Source: Armatimonadota bacterium (GTDB lineage Bacteria; Armatimonadota; UBA5829; DTLH01). From it: 51,115 nt of DNA. The notes beneath the pieces were generated by a model that saw only the letters and a program-made list of their open reading frames with translations, was not told where the DNA came from and did not search any database. Made by a program: the position numbers and the translations under genes. Shown here piece after piece: positions 20,030 to 30,051 of the stretch. Numbering within the stretch: position 1 is the stretch's first letter; every line of letters begins with the position of its first letter. The DNA is taken from assembly GCA_039680575.1 (NCBI GenBank), contig JBDKSP010000085.1:1-51115 (forward strand), written 5' to 3'.

Positions 20030-21517
20030 GTGATTAGAGTGACATATACAGCGCTCTTTATAGTAACATTGGTAGCGGTATCCGGGTTGATCGCATACCT
20101 TGGCGATTTGCTCGGACGGCGGATGGGTAAACACCGGCTTACGCTGTTCGGGTTGCGTCCCCGTCATACCGCGGTTGTTGTGACCACGATCACCGGCATG
20201 CTTATCGCAGGGCTCACCTTCGCAACTCTCATCGCCACAAGTTCAAGCATCAGAGCTGTATTAATGCACGGTGAGCGGCTTGCAAAAGATAACGAGATTT
20301 ACCAGGCAAAGAACAAAGAGCTGCACAACAGCAATGTCATGCTTACCGCGATGAGCAGCAGGCTTTCGAGAGAAGTCCGTGAGAAATCGAAGCAGGTGGC
20401 AGCAGCTCGTAAAGATGCCGAGAACGCGCTTCGGGCGAGAAACGAAGTCAGGCTGCATGTAAAACGTCTGCAGTCAGAGATTAAGGAAAGCCAGAGAGAG
20501 CTCGTTAAATTGAGCCGCGCCGGAAAATTGACCGAAGAGCGGCTGAAAGTAATATCGGCAAGTCTCAGAGACCGTAAAAAGGAGCTTGCATCCGTCAGAG
20601 CGGACCTTGCTAAAAAGGACACCGAGCTTATCGAAAAGCTGAATGACCTCGTAGAGAAAGACTCCGAGCTTGCTGCGAAAGAATCAGAACTTCAGGATAA
20701 AGAGGTAAGCATCGCAAGAGCCGAGGGCACAATCAAGAAGCACGAAGCGCTGATACAGGAGCAGCAACTGTATCTTCGGCGTGCTGTCCGTCTTACTGAC
20801 CTGCTCTTGACGGGCGATGTCGTTATACAGCAGGGACAGGAGCTTGACCGCAGGGTAATTGACAGCTCTCTTTCTCCGTCTGAAATGCGCGCTGAGTTTG
20901 TCAGTATGCTGGATGAAGCAAATGATAAAGCGAGGAAGGCAGACGCTGGCTCGAACGACGGGAAGTCCCGCAGCGTGCAGCTTGTTTACAGCGACAAGAC
21001 GACCGGCGCGTTCAGCGATGACGAGAAGGCCGGTATAGATGAAGCCGTAGACGCTATCATCGAACAGGGTAAAGACAGCCAGGTAAAAAGCGTCCTTGCG
21101 CAGCTTATTGTTGTCAACAATACCCTGAAAGGCGAGAAAGCGCTTGTGAAATTGAGGTTTTACTGGAACACCCTAAAGTTCCAGCGTGGGCAGAACATCG
21201 CGAGCCGCACCATAGACGGCAGTATGTCCGAAGGCAGGATTTTACTCTCCGTGATGGACTTTTTGAGCGAAAACGTGAGAGCATCAGCGGAGAAAGCCGG
21301 AGTCGTGCCGGTAGCAAACCCTGACCCGGAAGAGGTCGGAGAGCCGATATCGAGCAAGCAGTTCGATGAAGTCATGGAATTGGTGGAGAATATCAGCAAA
21401 CTCGGCAGGAAAGTAGAAGTACGCGCGATAGCCCGGAAGGACATCTACGCCGCAGGTCATCTCAACCTGGACAGCATCGGTTTTACCATCAATACAATGA
21501 TTTCAGCTTCGAGATAA
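20030..21517 (+). CDS. DUF3084-like membrane-anchored coiled-coil protein
   Basis: GLIAYLGDLLGRRMGKHRLTLFGLRPRHTA N-terminus followed by a coiled coil. Confidence 0.85.
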   Translation: MIRVTYTALFIVTLVAVSGLIAYLGDLLGRRMGKHRLTLFGLRPRHTAVVVTTITGMLIAGLTFATLIATSSSIRAVLMHGERLAKDNEIYQAKNKELHNSNVMLTAMSSRLSREVREKSKQVAAARKDAENALRARNEVRLHVKRLQSEIKESQRELVKLSRAGKLTEERLKVISASLRDRKKELASVRADLAKKDTELIEKLNDLVEKDSELAAKESELQDKEVSIARAEGTIKKHEALIQEQQLYLRRAVRLTDLLLTGDVVIQQGQELDRRVIDSSLSPSEMRAEFVSMLDEANDKARKADAGSNDGKSRSVQLVYSDKTTGAFSDDEKAGIDEAVDAIIEQGKDSQVKSVLAQLIVVNNTLKGEKALVKLRFYWNTLKFQRGQNIASRTIDGSMSEGRILLSVMDFLSENVRASAEKAGVVPVANPDPEEVGEPISSKQFDEVMELVENISKLGRKVEVRAIARKDIYAAGHLNLDSIGFTINTMISASR

Positions 21518-21520
21518 GAC

Positions 21521-21919
21521 GTGACTACAGTCCTTGCCATAGACCCCGGGCGTTCAAAGTGCGGTATTGCTGTTGTTTCCAGAGCTGATGGCATCCTCCA
21601 TCGAGCCGTAGTTGCTCCAGATGACCTGCCCGGCACTGTCACTTCGCTTGTCATCCGATTCAGCCCGGAAGTCATAGTTATAGGATCAGGTACAGGCTCG
21701 CAAGCAGCTATTTCCTCACTTGGCGATCTGGAAGCGCCTGTCAGGGTAGTAGATGAGACACACAGCACAGAAGAAGCCCGCAAACGTTACTTCAAGGACA
21801 ATCCTCTGCGCGGCTGGCGAAAATATGTTCCGATTGGGCTTCAAACTCCGCCGCAACCCTATGATGACTATGCTGCAGTCGTGCTTGCTGAGGGATTTTT
21901 GGAGGGATATTTGACTTAA
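21521..21919 (+). CDS. YqgF/RuvX-like RNase H-fold protein
   Basis: VLAIDPGRSKCGIAV, VDETHSTEEA, DDYAAVVLAE. Confidence 0.88.
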   Translation: MTTVLAIDPGRSKCGIAVVSRADGILHRAVVAPDDLPGTVTSLVIRFSPEVIVIGSGTGSQAAISSLGDLEAPVRVVDETHSTEEARKRYFKDNPLRGWRKYVPIGLQTPPQPYDDYAAVVLAEGFLEGYLT

Positions 21920-22422
21920 GGCACTAATGCATTATTCTTGAGGATTTTTTTCCAATCCTTGCGGTTAAGGTTCTCTTTATAGGCAACGTCTAAACTTTGC
22001 AGTATCCATTTTGATTTTTCATATCCAGCTCTACTTGAATTTGATGTAATCCAGAGTCTATCAATCAGAGCTTTTCGCTCACGCGGTGTATGAAGTGATT
22101 TAAGTACAGCAATTTCTGCTTTCTCATCCAGCATGCATCCAGGCCAGTCTGTGCCGTCGCCATGTCTAGAGCCAAGTAGCATATATTCATTCCTGACATA
22201 CGATTTCCATATATGCTTATGTTTGGGATCGACCGAGGCTTTCCAGTATTTTGACATGGTTGTTTCGGCTACTATTGATGAAGAGAAAAAAAGCATACGC
22301 TTCTCATGCAAGGCGGCGCGGCAATATGGGCACTTATAGCATGTATCTACACGAAACGGTATATAAACACTGAATGCGATCAGTAATATTACGAATACTA
22401 CAATTCCAGTTGTCTGCTTCAC
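21916..22422 (-). CDS. Hypothetical membrane-anchored protein with CxxC motifs
   Basis: N-terminal TM then TCYKCPYC; GGAGG RBS inside the end of alr. Confidence 0.6.
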   Translation of the reverse strand: MKQTTGIVVFVILLIAFSVYIPFRVDTCYKCPYCRAALHEKRMLFFSSSIVAETTMSKYWKASVDPKHKHIWKSYVRNEYMLLGSRHGDGTDWPGCMLDEKAEIAVLKSLHTPRERKALIDRLWITSNSSRAGYEKSKWILQSLDVAYKENLNRKDWKKILKNNALVP

Positions 22423-22425
22423 TGC

Positions 22426-23541
22426 TTATCCTCCGTTCACAGATACCCTCGGTAAAAGCGGATTTGTAGTGACTCTTCTTGCGGGAATTATCACTTCGTC
22501 TCCGATAGCTGTGTCGGGAATGTGCGTTACGTCGATTGAGCACATCTGCATGGCTATCCTGCCGACTACAGGAGCTCTCTTGCCCCTTATAGTGACCGTC
22601 AGAGGGGGTTTTTTCATGAATTTTTGCGCGATTAATCGCAATATCCCGCGCCGTGCCAGACTTTCCGGCGCCAAAGTCAGCCCATCTGCCCATCCAAGCG
22701 GTATTACAGCGATTCTGCTCTCCCTTTTTGTGCGATGTTCCGCTCCATACCCAATTGCATACCCTGCCGGGACGGTTTTTATAAAGCTTATTCGTGCTTT
22801 CAACTTCCAGGTGTTCTTCAGATCCAGCGTTCGCGGTACATAACGGGAAGGATACTGGCCGTAGAGGATAGTCCCCGGCCTGACCATATCGAAATGGGAG
22901 TCCGGCAGGCGAAGGATTGCCGAGCTGTTTGCCGCGTGGACTATGCCAGGGTCAAGAAACGCCTGTTTGATGGCCAGTATAGCATTGTTAAACTTTTCGA
23001 GCTGTTCTTCAGCAGAACTCATATCTTTCTCCGCTGCGGTCGCAAGGTGGGTGTACGTCCCTGCGTGATTAACACCCTCAGTGGCGGCAATCATGCGGGC
23101 GAGATCAACGGCTTCGTCCGGCAGAACGCCGAGCCTTCCCATTCCGGTGTCGATTTTTAGATGTACACCAATCGTCTTGTGTGTTTTGCAGGCAGCTTCT
23201 CCAAGCGCTGCGACAAGCTCTGGAGTACAGACGGTACATTCTACATCGAGTTTTACGGCTTCAGCGGCTGCTCCGGGCTGGATGGAGTCGAATACGAGTA
23301 CCGGCGCTGTGATGCCGCCGTCACGGAGGCGCGCAGCTTCTTCGAGCCGCGTCACAGCGAGAGAATCAGCTCCGGCATTTAAAATAGCCCTGGATGTCTC
23401 GACTTCGCCATGACCGTAAGCATTGGCCTTGACGACTGCCATCATCCGCACTTTGTCCCCTACAAGAGACCTGATTTGCTCGACGTTATGTTTTATCGCA
23501 TCGAGATCGACTTCTACCCACGCATCCCGCTCATAATCCAT
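22426..23541 (-). CDS. alr: Alanine racemase family protein
   Basis: VVKANAYGHG PLP-lysine, KIDTGMGRLG, HAANSS, VRPG, IGYG. Confidence 0.92.
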   Translation of the reverse strand: MDYERDAWVEVDLDAIKHNVEQIRSLVGDKVRMMAVVKANAYGHGEVETSRAILNAGADSLAVTRLEEAARLRDGGITAPVLVFDSIQPGAAAEAVKLDVECTVCTPELVAALGEAACKTHKTIGVHLKIDTGMGRLGVLPDEAVDLARMIAATEGVNHAGTYTHLATAAEKDMSSAEEQLEKFNNAILAIKQAFLDPGIVHAANSSAILRLPDSHFDMVRPGTILYGQYPSRYVPRTLDLKNTWKLKARISFIKTVPAGYAIGYGAEHRTKRESRIAVIPLGWADGLTLAPESLARRGILRLIAQKFMKKPPLTVTIRGKRAPVVGRIAMQMCSIDVTHIPDTAIGDEVIIPARRVTTNPLLPRVSVNGG

Positions 23542-23637
23542 TGCTTTGTGTCCTTTTCGATCTACAGGTAAGAAAAAGGCGAAGCGCTTCACGCCTCTAC
23601 ATCATATCACATTATACAATGCTGTTTGCCAGGAGCT

Positions 23638-23794
23638 GTGAGAGTTCACTCTTGCAAGAATTATATATCACCCTGAACAACCAGCACGTCATCATGGATG
23701 GAAACACGTCACCCTGAACTTGATTCAGGGTCCATTTTCTTCCTGGATGCTGAGTCAAGCTCAGCATGACGTTGTACTCATCAACTCTGAACTA
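23638..23794 (+). repeat. Composite palindromic element, copy 2, flanked by a 12-bp direct repeat
   Basis: Same modules as 5512-5703; ttgccaggagct at 23626-23637 and 23795-23806. Confidence 0.85.
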
Positions 23795-23878
23795 TTGCCA
23801 GGAGCTTTACTCATCACAGGCTAACATTTATTATAATATCTGAGGCAAGTTGTCTCATGATTATAGAGGAGATCTGCC

Positions 23879-25150
23879 GTGTCTGCAGGAGCGCGGTATT
23901 GTGGAAAAATGAAATGTAGGATCACAAAGATGTGTATTGCAGGTCTGCTGTGTAGTGGACTGATAATGTCCACGTGTATGGCTCACGCCGGCGAAGGTAA
24001 AAGAAACTACGGTTTTGACGGCAAAATCTCGCGTGAAGTGCTTCAGAATTACCTGTCCAGAGCCGTCACGATCAACGGGCTCAGTTTCAGCCCTCAAAAA
24101 GAAGATGACATCCGTATGGTCAAGAACATCGGAGCGAAGTTTCTTGGCCGCGTTGCTTATATCTGGGGTAATCCCTGGGGTGATGAATCAGACTACTGGT
24201 GTGAGATGAAAGCCGTCGCCGAGCGTCTGCACAAGGACGACCCGCAGTATATACTCCAGGCCTGTATATTCGAGGCCATCCATCCGGGGATAGACAATGT
24301 GCCTGTTCCTGACTGGGTCTTCAAAGAGTTTGGGTTGAAACCGGAGCATCGGAATTTCAGATATAAAGACACGCTTTTCGATAACGATAAGATGGCAGGC
24401 CAGTGGGGAAGTGACGGTTCGGTCCCCGATATAAGCAAGCTGGAGACGAAAATGTGGTTCTTCTACCGCGCGAAGATGTACATCGACTGCGGATATGAAG
24501 GGCTTCATCTGGGGCAGATAGGTATGATCGGCAGAGCTGACCCCGGCTATAAAAACTGGAAAGATGTAATCGACCGGATCCGCCGATATGCCGCCAAGCA
24601 CGCAAGACGGCATTATGTAGTCATCGATGCGCATGTAAATGTTCAAAATGACGGGAATGTGCTGGTAGTAGACGGTAAAATACTGCTCGATTTCTTCAGC
24701 TTCCCGACGCGCCTCGTGGAGGTTCCCGGAGAGCCGATGAAAGCCACTCTAAAAGTCGGGCATGCCGATACTATTTACAAGAGAAGTCCTGGAGGTATTC
24801 ACCCAAGCGGGTGGAAGTGTGAGCATGTGCCGACTCTGGTAGAGTTCGACCAGTGCCATGCGAGCGGCAGGGAAGGACAGCCGAATCTTGGCACGCCTTT
24901 CGTCTGGGGATATGAAGAGGCGACATGGTTTGCCCACCAGCCGGAAGAGTATCGGAATGAATGGCTCAGATATGCCTGGAATTGGCTGAAAGAGAACGAC
25001 CCGAACTGCCATTTTCAAATGCCGGGCAGTATTCCTATGCAAGTTCCGATTGATGGAGACAATTGGTACAGGGCGAATAAAAAAAGCGCTGCAAGCCCGC
25101 ATGGGTTCAGCCAGGAAGAGACCATCAAGGCTATCTGGGCGGGCAGATAG
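23879..25150 (+). CDS. Secreted hypothetical protein (possibly glycoside-hydrolase-like); start uncertain
   Basis: Long ORF, signal peptide ending AHA, aromatic-rich globular sequence. Confidence 0.75.
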   Translation: MSAGARYCGKMKCRITKMCIAGLLCSGLIMSTCMAHAGEGKRNYGFDGKISREVLQNYLSRAVTINGLSFSPQKEDDIRMVKNIGAKFLGRVAYIWGNPWGDESDYWCEMKAVAERLHKDDPQYILQACIFEAIHPGIDNVPVPDWVFKEFGLKPEHRNFRYKDTLFDNDKMAGQWGSDGSVPDISKLETKMWFFYRAKMYIDCGYEGLHLGQIGMIGRADPGYKNWKDVIDRIRRYAAKHARRHYVVIDAHVNVQNDGNVLVVDGKILLDFFSFPTRLVEVPGEPMKATLKVGHADTIYKRSPGGIHPSGWKCEHVPTLVEFDQCHASGREGQPNLGTPFVWGYEEATWFAHQPEEYRNEWLRYAWNWLKENDPNCHFQMPGSIPMQVPIDGDNWYRANKKSAASPHGFSQEETIKAIWAGR

Positions 25151-25174
25151 CGGCAAATAGACAGGAGAAAGATT

Positions 25175-26254
25175 ATGACTCGCGTTTATAACTTCAATGC
25201 AGGTCCGGCTGCTCTTCCGCTCTCTGTGCTGGAAAAGGCGCAGGCTGAGATGCTGGATGCCTGCAACGCCGGGATGTCGATTATGGAGATATCCCACAGA
25301 TCGAGGGAATTCGATGCCGTGATCGAAAGCGCCGAAGCAAATGTCCGCAGGCTTCTGGGCGTACCGGATGATTATTCGGTCCTGTTCCTGCAGGGCGGCG
25401 CGAGTATGCAGTTCGCCATGGTCCCTCTGAATTTACGAAGGGAAGGCCGCGTAGCTGATTATGTAAACACCGGCACCTGGGCATCGAAAGCGATAAACGA
25501 AGCAAAGATCGGCGGGAAGGTCCATGTTGCCTGGGACGACCGGGATGGAAACTATATGCGTGCTCCTGGTGAGGACGAACTGGACCTTACTCCAGGCGCT
25601 GAGTATGTTCACATCTGCTCAAACGAGACTATAGGCGGAGTACGCTTCCCAACGTTTCCCCGGACTGAAGCTCCGCTTGTCGCCGATATGTCGAGCGAGA
25701 TCATGTCGCGCGTTATCGACGTAAACCGGTTCGGGATGATCTATGCGGGCGCTCAAAAGAACCTGGGGCCATCGGGGCTTGCGCTGGTAATCATCAGAAA
25801 CGACCTGATTGAACGCAGTCCTGAGACAATCAACATATTTCTGCGCTACAAGACCCATGCGGATGGGGAAAGTCTTTATAACACGCCGAATACGTGGGCA
25901 ATTTACATACTGAAACTTGTCACGGACTGGGTGGAGGACCTCGGCGGGCTTCCAGCGATGCAGTCGATCAATGAAGAGAAGGCCGGGATACTCTACAACA
26001 CGCTCGATTCCAGCTCTTTCTGGACTGCCCCTGTCTCAAAAGAAAGCCGGTCGATAATGAACATCGTCTGGCGGCTTCCGAATAAAGAACTCGAAGATAT
26101 GTTCATATCTGAGGCAGAGAGAGCCGGGTTTGTGGGGTTGAAAGGCCATCGTTTGGTCGGCGGAATCCGCGCGAGCCTCTACAACGCCGTCCCAAAGGAT
26201 ACCGTAATAGCGCTCACGGAGTTCATGAAGGATTTCGAGAAGAGAAGGGGATAG
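25175..26254 (+). CDS. serC: Phosphoserine aminotransferase
   Basis: YNFNAGPAALP, SHRS, FLQGGA, AGAQKNLGPSG, KGHR...GGIRASLYNA. Confidence 0.97.
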   Translation: MTRVYNFNAGPAALPLSVLEKAQAEMLDACNAGMSIMEISHRSREFDAVIESAEANVRRLLGVPDDYSVLFLQGGASMQFAMVPLNLRREGRVADYVNTGTWASKAINEAKIGGKVHVAWDDRDGNYMRAPGEDELDLTPGAEYVHICSNETIGGVRFPTFPRTEAPLVADMSSEIMSRVIDVNRFGMIYAGAQKNLGPSGLALVIIRNDLIERSPETINIFLRYKTHADGESLYNTPNTWAIYILKLVTDWVEDLGGLPAMQSINEEKAGILYNTLDSSSFWTAPVSKESRSIMNIVWRLPNKELEDMFISEAERAGFVGLKGHRLVGGIRASLYNAVPKDTVIALTEFMKDFEKRRG

Positions 26255-26378
26255 GGTTGGGGGTGACTTCTCGACTACTCCAGAGTAAACTAATCTAAAC
26301 ATAGAAGAGGTAAGTTGATGATTGGAGTGCGGAAGCGGCAGTTTCCGCTTTTCTATCAGCATTCACTATCCGTCATTT

Positions 26379-26509
26379 TGAAACGCGAATTACGCGGATT
26401 TAACGGATTTCACGAATGGTGGAGACTTATAGCATCTATAATAAGACCCTCAAGTCTTCATCACTCCCTTTTCGCGTCTTTTGCGCTTCTTCGCGTATTT
26501 CGCGATTCA
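26379..26509. repeat. Imperfect inverted repeat built of ~9-bp periodic units
   Basis: tgaaacgcgaattacgcgga 26379-26398 vs ttcgcgtatttcgcgattca 26490-26509 (17/20 complementary). Confidence 0.6.
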
Positions 26510-26725
26510 GAATGCTTTGGGACTGCTTGCCGCCGATGACGAGATGGGTGACATTTTCCTAGACCAATTGGGGGATGACATAATCTCAGACTATCAACCA
26601 CTTTCTCGACTACACTTTCTCGAATACTCCTTGACTCCAGCCAAGCTTGCTTGCTATAGTTTCAAAGGTCGTGCGGCTGGGTGCGAACACCCAACCGCTT
26701 AAAGCGGAGGGGGGATTACGTCAGA

Positions 26726-28207
26726 TTGAAAGAATTTACTGAGAAAGTCCTGCAGAAAGCAAAAGACCTCGGCGCGAGCTATGCCGATGTCCGGATCGTC
26801 CGCACTAAAAACGAGGCGGTCAACGTCAAAAACGGCAAGGTCGATGCTCTTGTCGGATCAGATGATTATGGTTTCGGAGTAAGAGTCATTGTAGACGGCG
26901 CATGGGGGTTTTCATCCAGCTTCGTTGTTTCTCCTGAAGAAGGGGAACACGTCGCAGCGGAAGCCGTGCGCATAGCCAGAGCAAGCGCCAGGGTCAAGAA
27001 GAGTGATGTCAAGTTAGCACCGGTAGAGGCTGCGGAAGGCAAGTTCAAGAGCGATTGGAAGATCGATCCGTTCGAAGTCCCGCTCGAAGACAAGATAAAC
27101 CTTTTGCTGGAAGCTGACAAGATAGTCCGTGAGCAGCCGGAAGTAAAGATTTCCGAAGGTTCGATGGACTTCTACCGGATTGACAGCACTTTTGCAAGCA
27201 CCGAAGGCAGCTATATAGAACAAACCAAGATAGAGAGCGGCGCGGGGATAACTGCGACAGCAATCGAGGCCGGGGAAATGCAGCGGCGGTCGTATCCGGG
27301 ATCATTCGGAGGCGACTATGCTTCGCAGGGTTACGAATTCGCAGAAGGATGGGACCTCGTTGCACACGCAGAGGAGACCGCAAAAAGCGCAGCAGACCTT
27401 CTGAAAGCTCCACAGTGCCCGTCAGACAGACGCGATCTCATCCTGGAGGGAAGCATGCTTGCGCTGCAGGTCCATGAGTCCTGCGGGCATCCAATAGAGC
27501 TGGACAGGGTCTTCGGCACAGAGGCGTCATTTGCAGGAACAAGCTTCCTGACTCCTGAGAAGCTGAACAACTTCCGCTATGGCTCCGATGAGGTCAACAT
27601 AGTGGCGGATGCGACTGCTCCCGGCGGTCTTGGCACGTTTGCCTATGATGACGAAGGTGTTCCCGCTCAGTGTGTGGACATAGTAAAAGAGGGCATCTTC
27701 TCCGGGTATCTCTCATCCAGAGAGACCGCTGCTCAGATGGGATGGGACGCAAGCGGCGGCGCGATGAGAGCCGATGGTTGGAGCAGGATTCCTATCATCA
27801 GGATGACCAACATCAATTTGAAGCCCGGAGACTGGACGCTCGACGAGATTATCAAAGACACCAAAAAAGGTATTTATGCCGAGATGGTCCAGTCATGGAG
27901 CATCGACGACAAACGGCTCAACTTCCAGTTCGGAACGGAAGTCGCTTACGAGATAATCGATGGCAGTCTCGGAAGGATGCTCAAGAACCCGACCTATACA
28001 GGGATCACATATGAGTTCTGGGGTAGCTGCGATGCTGTCGCGGGAAAAGACGAGTGGCATTTGTGGGGTGTGCCGAACTGCGGCAAGGGAGAGCCTGGTC
28101 AGACCGCACATGTCGGTCACGGAGTTGCCCCGTCAAGGTTCAAGAACGTGCGGATAGGGGTTATGGAATCTCCTTCCGGCGGGTCGGAGGGTGAAGATAA
28201 TGAGTAA
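26726..28207 (+). CDS. tldD: TldD-family metalloprotease, copy 1 (probable TTG start)
   Basis: HESCGH (HExxxH), [18 protein letters not shown]. Confidence 0.93.
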   Translation: MKEFTEKVLQKAKDLGASYADVRIVRTKNEAVNVKNGKVDALVGSDDYGFGVRVIVDGAWGFSSSFVVSPEEGEHVAAEAVRIARASARVKKSDVKLAPVEAAEGKFKSDWKIDPFEVPLEDKINLLLEADKIVREQPEVKISEGSMDFYRIDSTFASTEGSYIEQTKIESGAGITATAIEAGEMQRRSYPGSFGGDYASQGYEFAEGWDLVAHAEETAKSAADLLKAPQCPSDRRDLILEGSMLALQVHESCGHPIELDRVFGTEASFAGTSFLTPEKLNNFRYGSDEVNIVADATAPGGLGTFAYDDEGVPAQCVDIVKEGIFSGYLSSRETAAQMGWDASGGAMRADGWSRIPIIRMTNINLKPGDWTLDEIIKDTKKGIYAEMVQSWSIDDKRLNFQFGTEVAYEIIDGSLGRMLKNPTYTGITYEFWGSCDAVAGKDEWHLWGVPNCGKGEPGQTAHVGHGVAPSRFKNVRIGVMESPSGGSEGEDNE

Positions 28208-29549
28208 TAAGAATTTTGAGCTTCTTGGCCGGGAGAGACTGCAGGAAGTTGCGAAAAAGGCGCTCGGGTTCTCGACCGCCGATCAGACAGAGGTTTCGAT
28301 AGGCATCGGACAGAGCAGCCTGACCCGGTTTGCCGGTTCGATCATCCACCAGAATGTAGCTGAGCGGAATGCCTCGATTGCTGTTCGCGCGATCATCGGC
28401 AAGAAGATCGGATATGCCACCGGCAATTCGATAACTGATGACGCAGTACGCGAAACGGTCGAAAGAGCCGTCATATTTGCTAAAAACCAGCACGACAACC
28501 CGGACTTCAAGTCTCTGCATGGGCCAAAACCCATACCTCAGGCTCCGCAGACGTTTTTCGATTCGACAGTGGAGTTTTCTCCTGAAGACAGAGCTGCTGC
28601 CGTTCAGAAAATCGTCGATGTAGCGTCTAAGGTCAATGCTGAGGCATCGGGATCGTTCTCGATGGGATACGGCGAGCATGCTATAGCCAGCTCGCTTGGC
28701 GTGAATGCTTATAACGCCGGTACGGACAGTCACCTGTCGATGGTCGTTACCGCCGATACCGGGTTTGGATACTCAAATAAACAAAACCGCGATGTGATGA
28801 AGATAAACGTCGAGGAAGCGGCGAATGAGGCTGCGCGGACGGCTGATAAGAGCCGGAACCCGGTCTCAATCGAGCCAGGCGAGTATGATGTTGTACTGAC
28901 TCCTTACTGTGTCGCGGATATAATGAGTTTCCTCTCGTGGTTGGGTTTCAGCGCGCTTGCGGTGCAGGAAGGCCGGAGCTTCATGGCCGGCAAGCTCGGC
29001 GAGAAGGTATGCGGCGAGAACATCACTATATGGGATGACGGGTTCGATCCCAGAGGTAATATCAGTTCGTTCGATGGAGAAGGACTGCCCAAGCAAAAGG
29101 TAGATCTTATTGTAAACGGCGTGGCCAACGCAGTAGTCTACGATTCCTACACAGCCGGAAAAGAAGGTAAGGAATCTACAGGCCACTCTATCGGTGGAAC
29201 AGGGACTCATGGTCCTTATGCGTCGAATATGTTTCTTGCTCCCGGCGATAAGACCATAGAAGAGATGATTGCGAGCACTGAACGCGGGATATTCGTGACC
29301 CGGTTCAACTATACGAACGTGGTGCATCCGCTTCTTGTGATATTCACCGGTATGACCAGGGATGGGACATTCCTGATCGAGAACGGCAAGATCACGAAGC
29401 CGGTCAAGAACCTCAGGTTCACGGAAAACATCCTGAAAGTGCTTTCGAACGTGGAGATGATCGGAAAAGACCTGAGCCTTCAGGGAAGGGCAACCGTTCC
29501 GGCGATCAAAGCGAAAAACTTCCGCTTTACCGGAATAACGGAATTTTAG
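28200..29549 (+). CDS. pmbA: PmbA/TldE-family subunit
   Basis: LTRFAGSIIHQN, FDGEG, TGHS, TGMTRDG; lacks HExxxH. Confidence 0.88.
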   Translation: MSNKNFELLGRERLQEVAKKALGFSTADQTEVSIGIGQSSLTRFAGSIIHQNVAERNASIAVRAIIGKKIGYATGNSITDDAVRETVERAVIFAKNQHDNPDFKSLHGPKPIPQAPQTFFDSTVEFSPEDRAAAVQKIVDVASKVNAEASGSFSMGYGEHAIASSLGVNAYNAGTDSHLSMVVTADTGFGYSNKQNRDVMKINVEEAANEAARTADKSRNPVSIEPGEYDVVLTPYCVADIMSFLSWLGFSALAVQEGRSFMAGKLGEKVCGENITIWDDGFDPRGNISSFDGEGLPKQKVDLIVNGVANAVVYDSYTAGKEGKESTGHSIGGTGTHGPYASNMFLAPGDKTIEEMIASTERGIFVTRFNYTNVVHPLLVIFTGMTRDGTFLIENGKITKPVKNLRFTENILKVLSNVEMIGKDLSLQGRATVPAIKAKNFRFTGITEF

Positions 29550-29568
29550 GATCTAAGGGCCAGCTTGA

Positions 29569-29764
29569 TGTAGTGGCCGGTCTCCGTGCCGGCCATCTAC
29601 CCCGTGGACCCACCGGACCACGGGGAGTTCTGCAAGAGCCGGACAGCCCGGACTGGCATAAAAGGGATCTGTGATACTGGATGTGTAGTTATAACCAAAA
29701 CTTGCACACCCGGCATCATAGATGCCTCATTGGCCTCTCCGGTAGGGATTGCAAATCCCTACCG
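29569..29764. repeat. GTAG-type REP-like hairpins
   Basis: tgtag-tggccgg-tctccgtg-ccggcca 29569-29595 and cggtagggatt-gca-aatccctaccg 29740-29764. Confidence 0.55.
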
Positions 29765-29771
29765 AGGTAAC

Positions 29772-30010
29772 AGTTTACTCTTGATAAGAATTATACATCA
29801 CCCTGAACAACCAGCACGTCATCATGGATAGAAGCACGTCACCCTTGAACTAAGGAGTTTTCAGTAATATCTGAAAACTCTCCCGGAAGATTATCGGCTA
29901 TAGCCGATAATCCATAGATTCAGGGTCCAGTTTTTCCTGGATTCCGAGTCAAGCTCGGAATGACGTCGTGGCAGCCCGGAATGATGTTGCACTCATCAAC
30001 TCTGAACTCT
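29772..30010 (+). repeat. Composite palindromic element, copy 3, carrying a nested insertion
   Basis: Matches copy 2 at both ends; an extra ~65 bp (about 29852-29916) splits the accctgaa/ttcagggt hairpin. Confidence 0.85.
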
Positions 30011-30051
30011 TATATACCGAGTAGGTCGTGTTTCCGAGGAGATTTGGAGCA

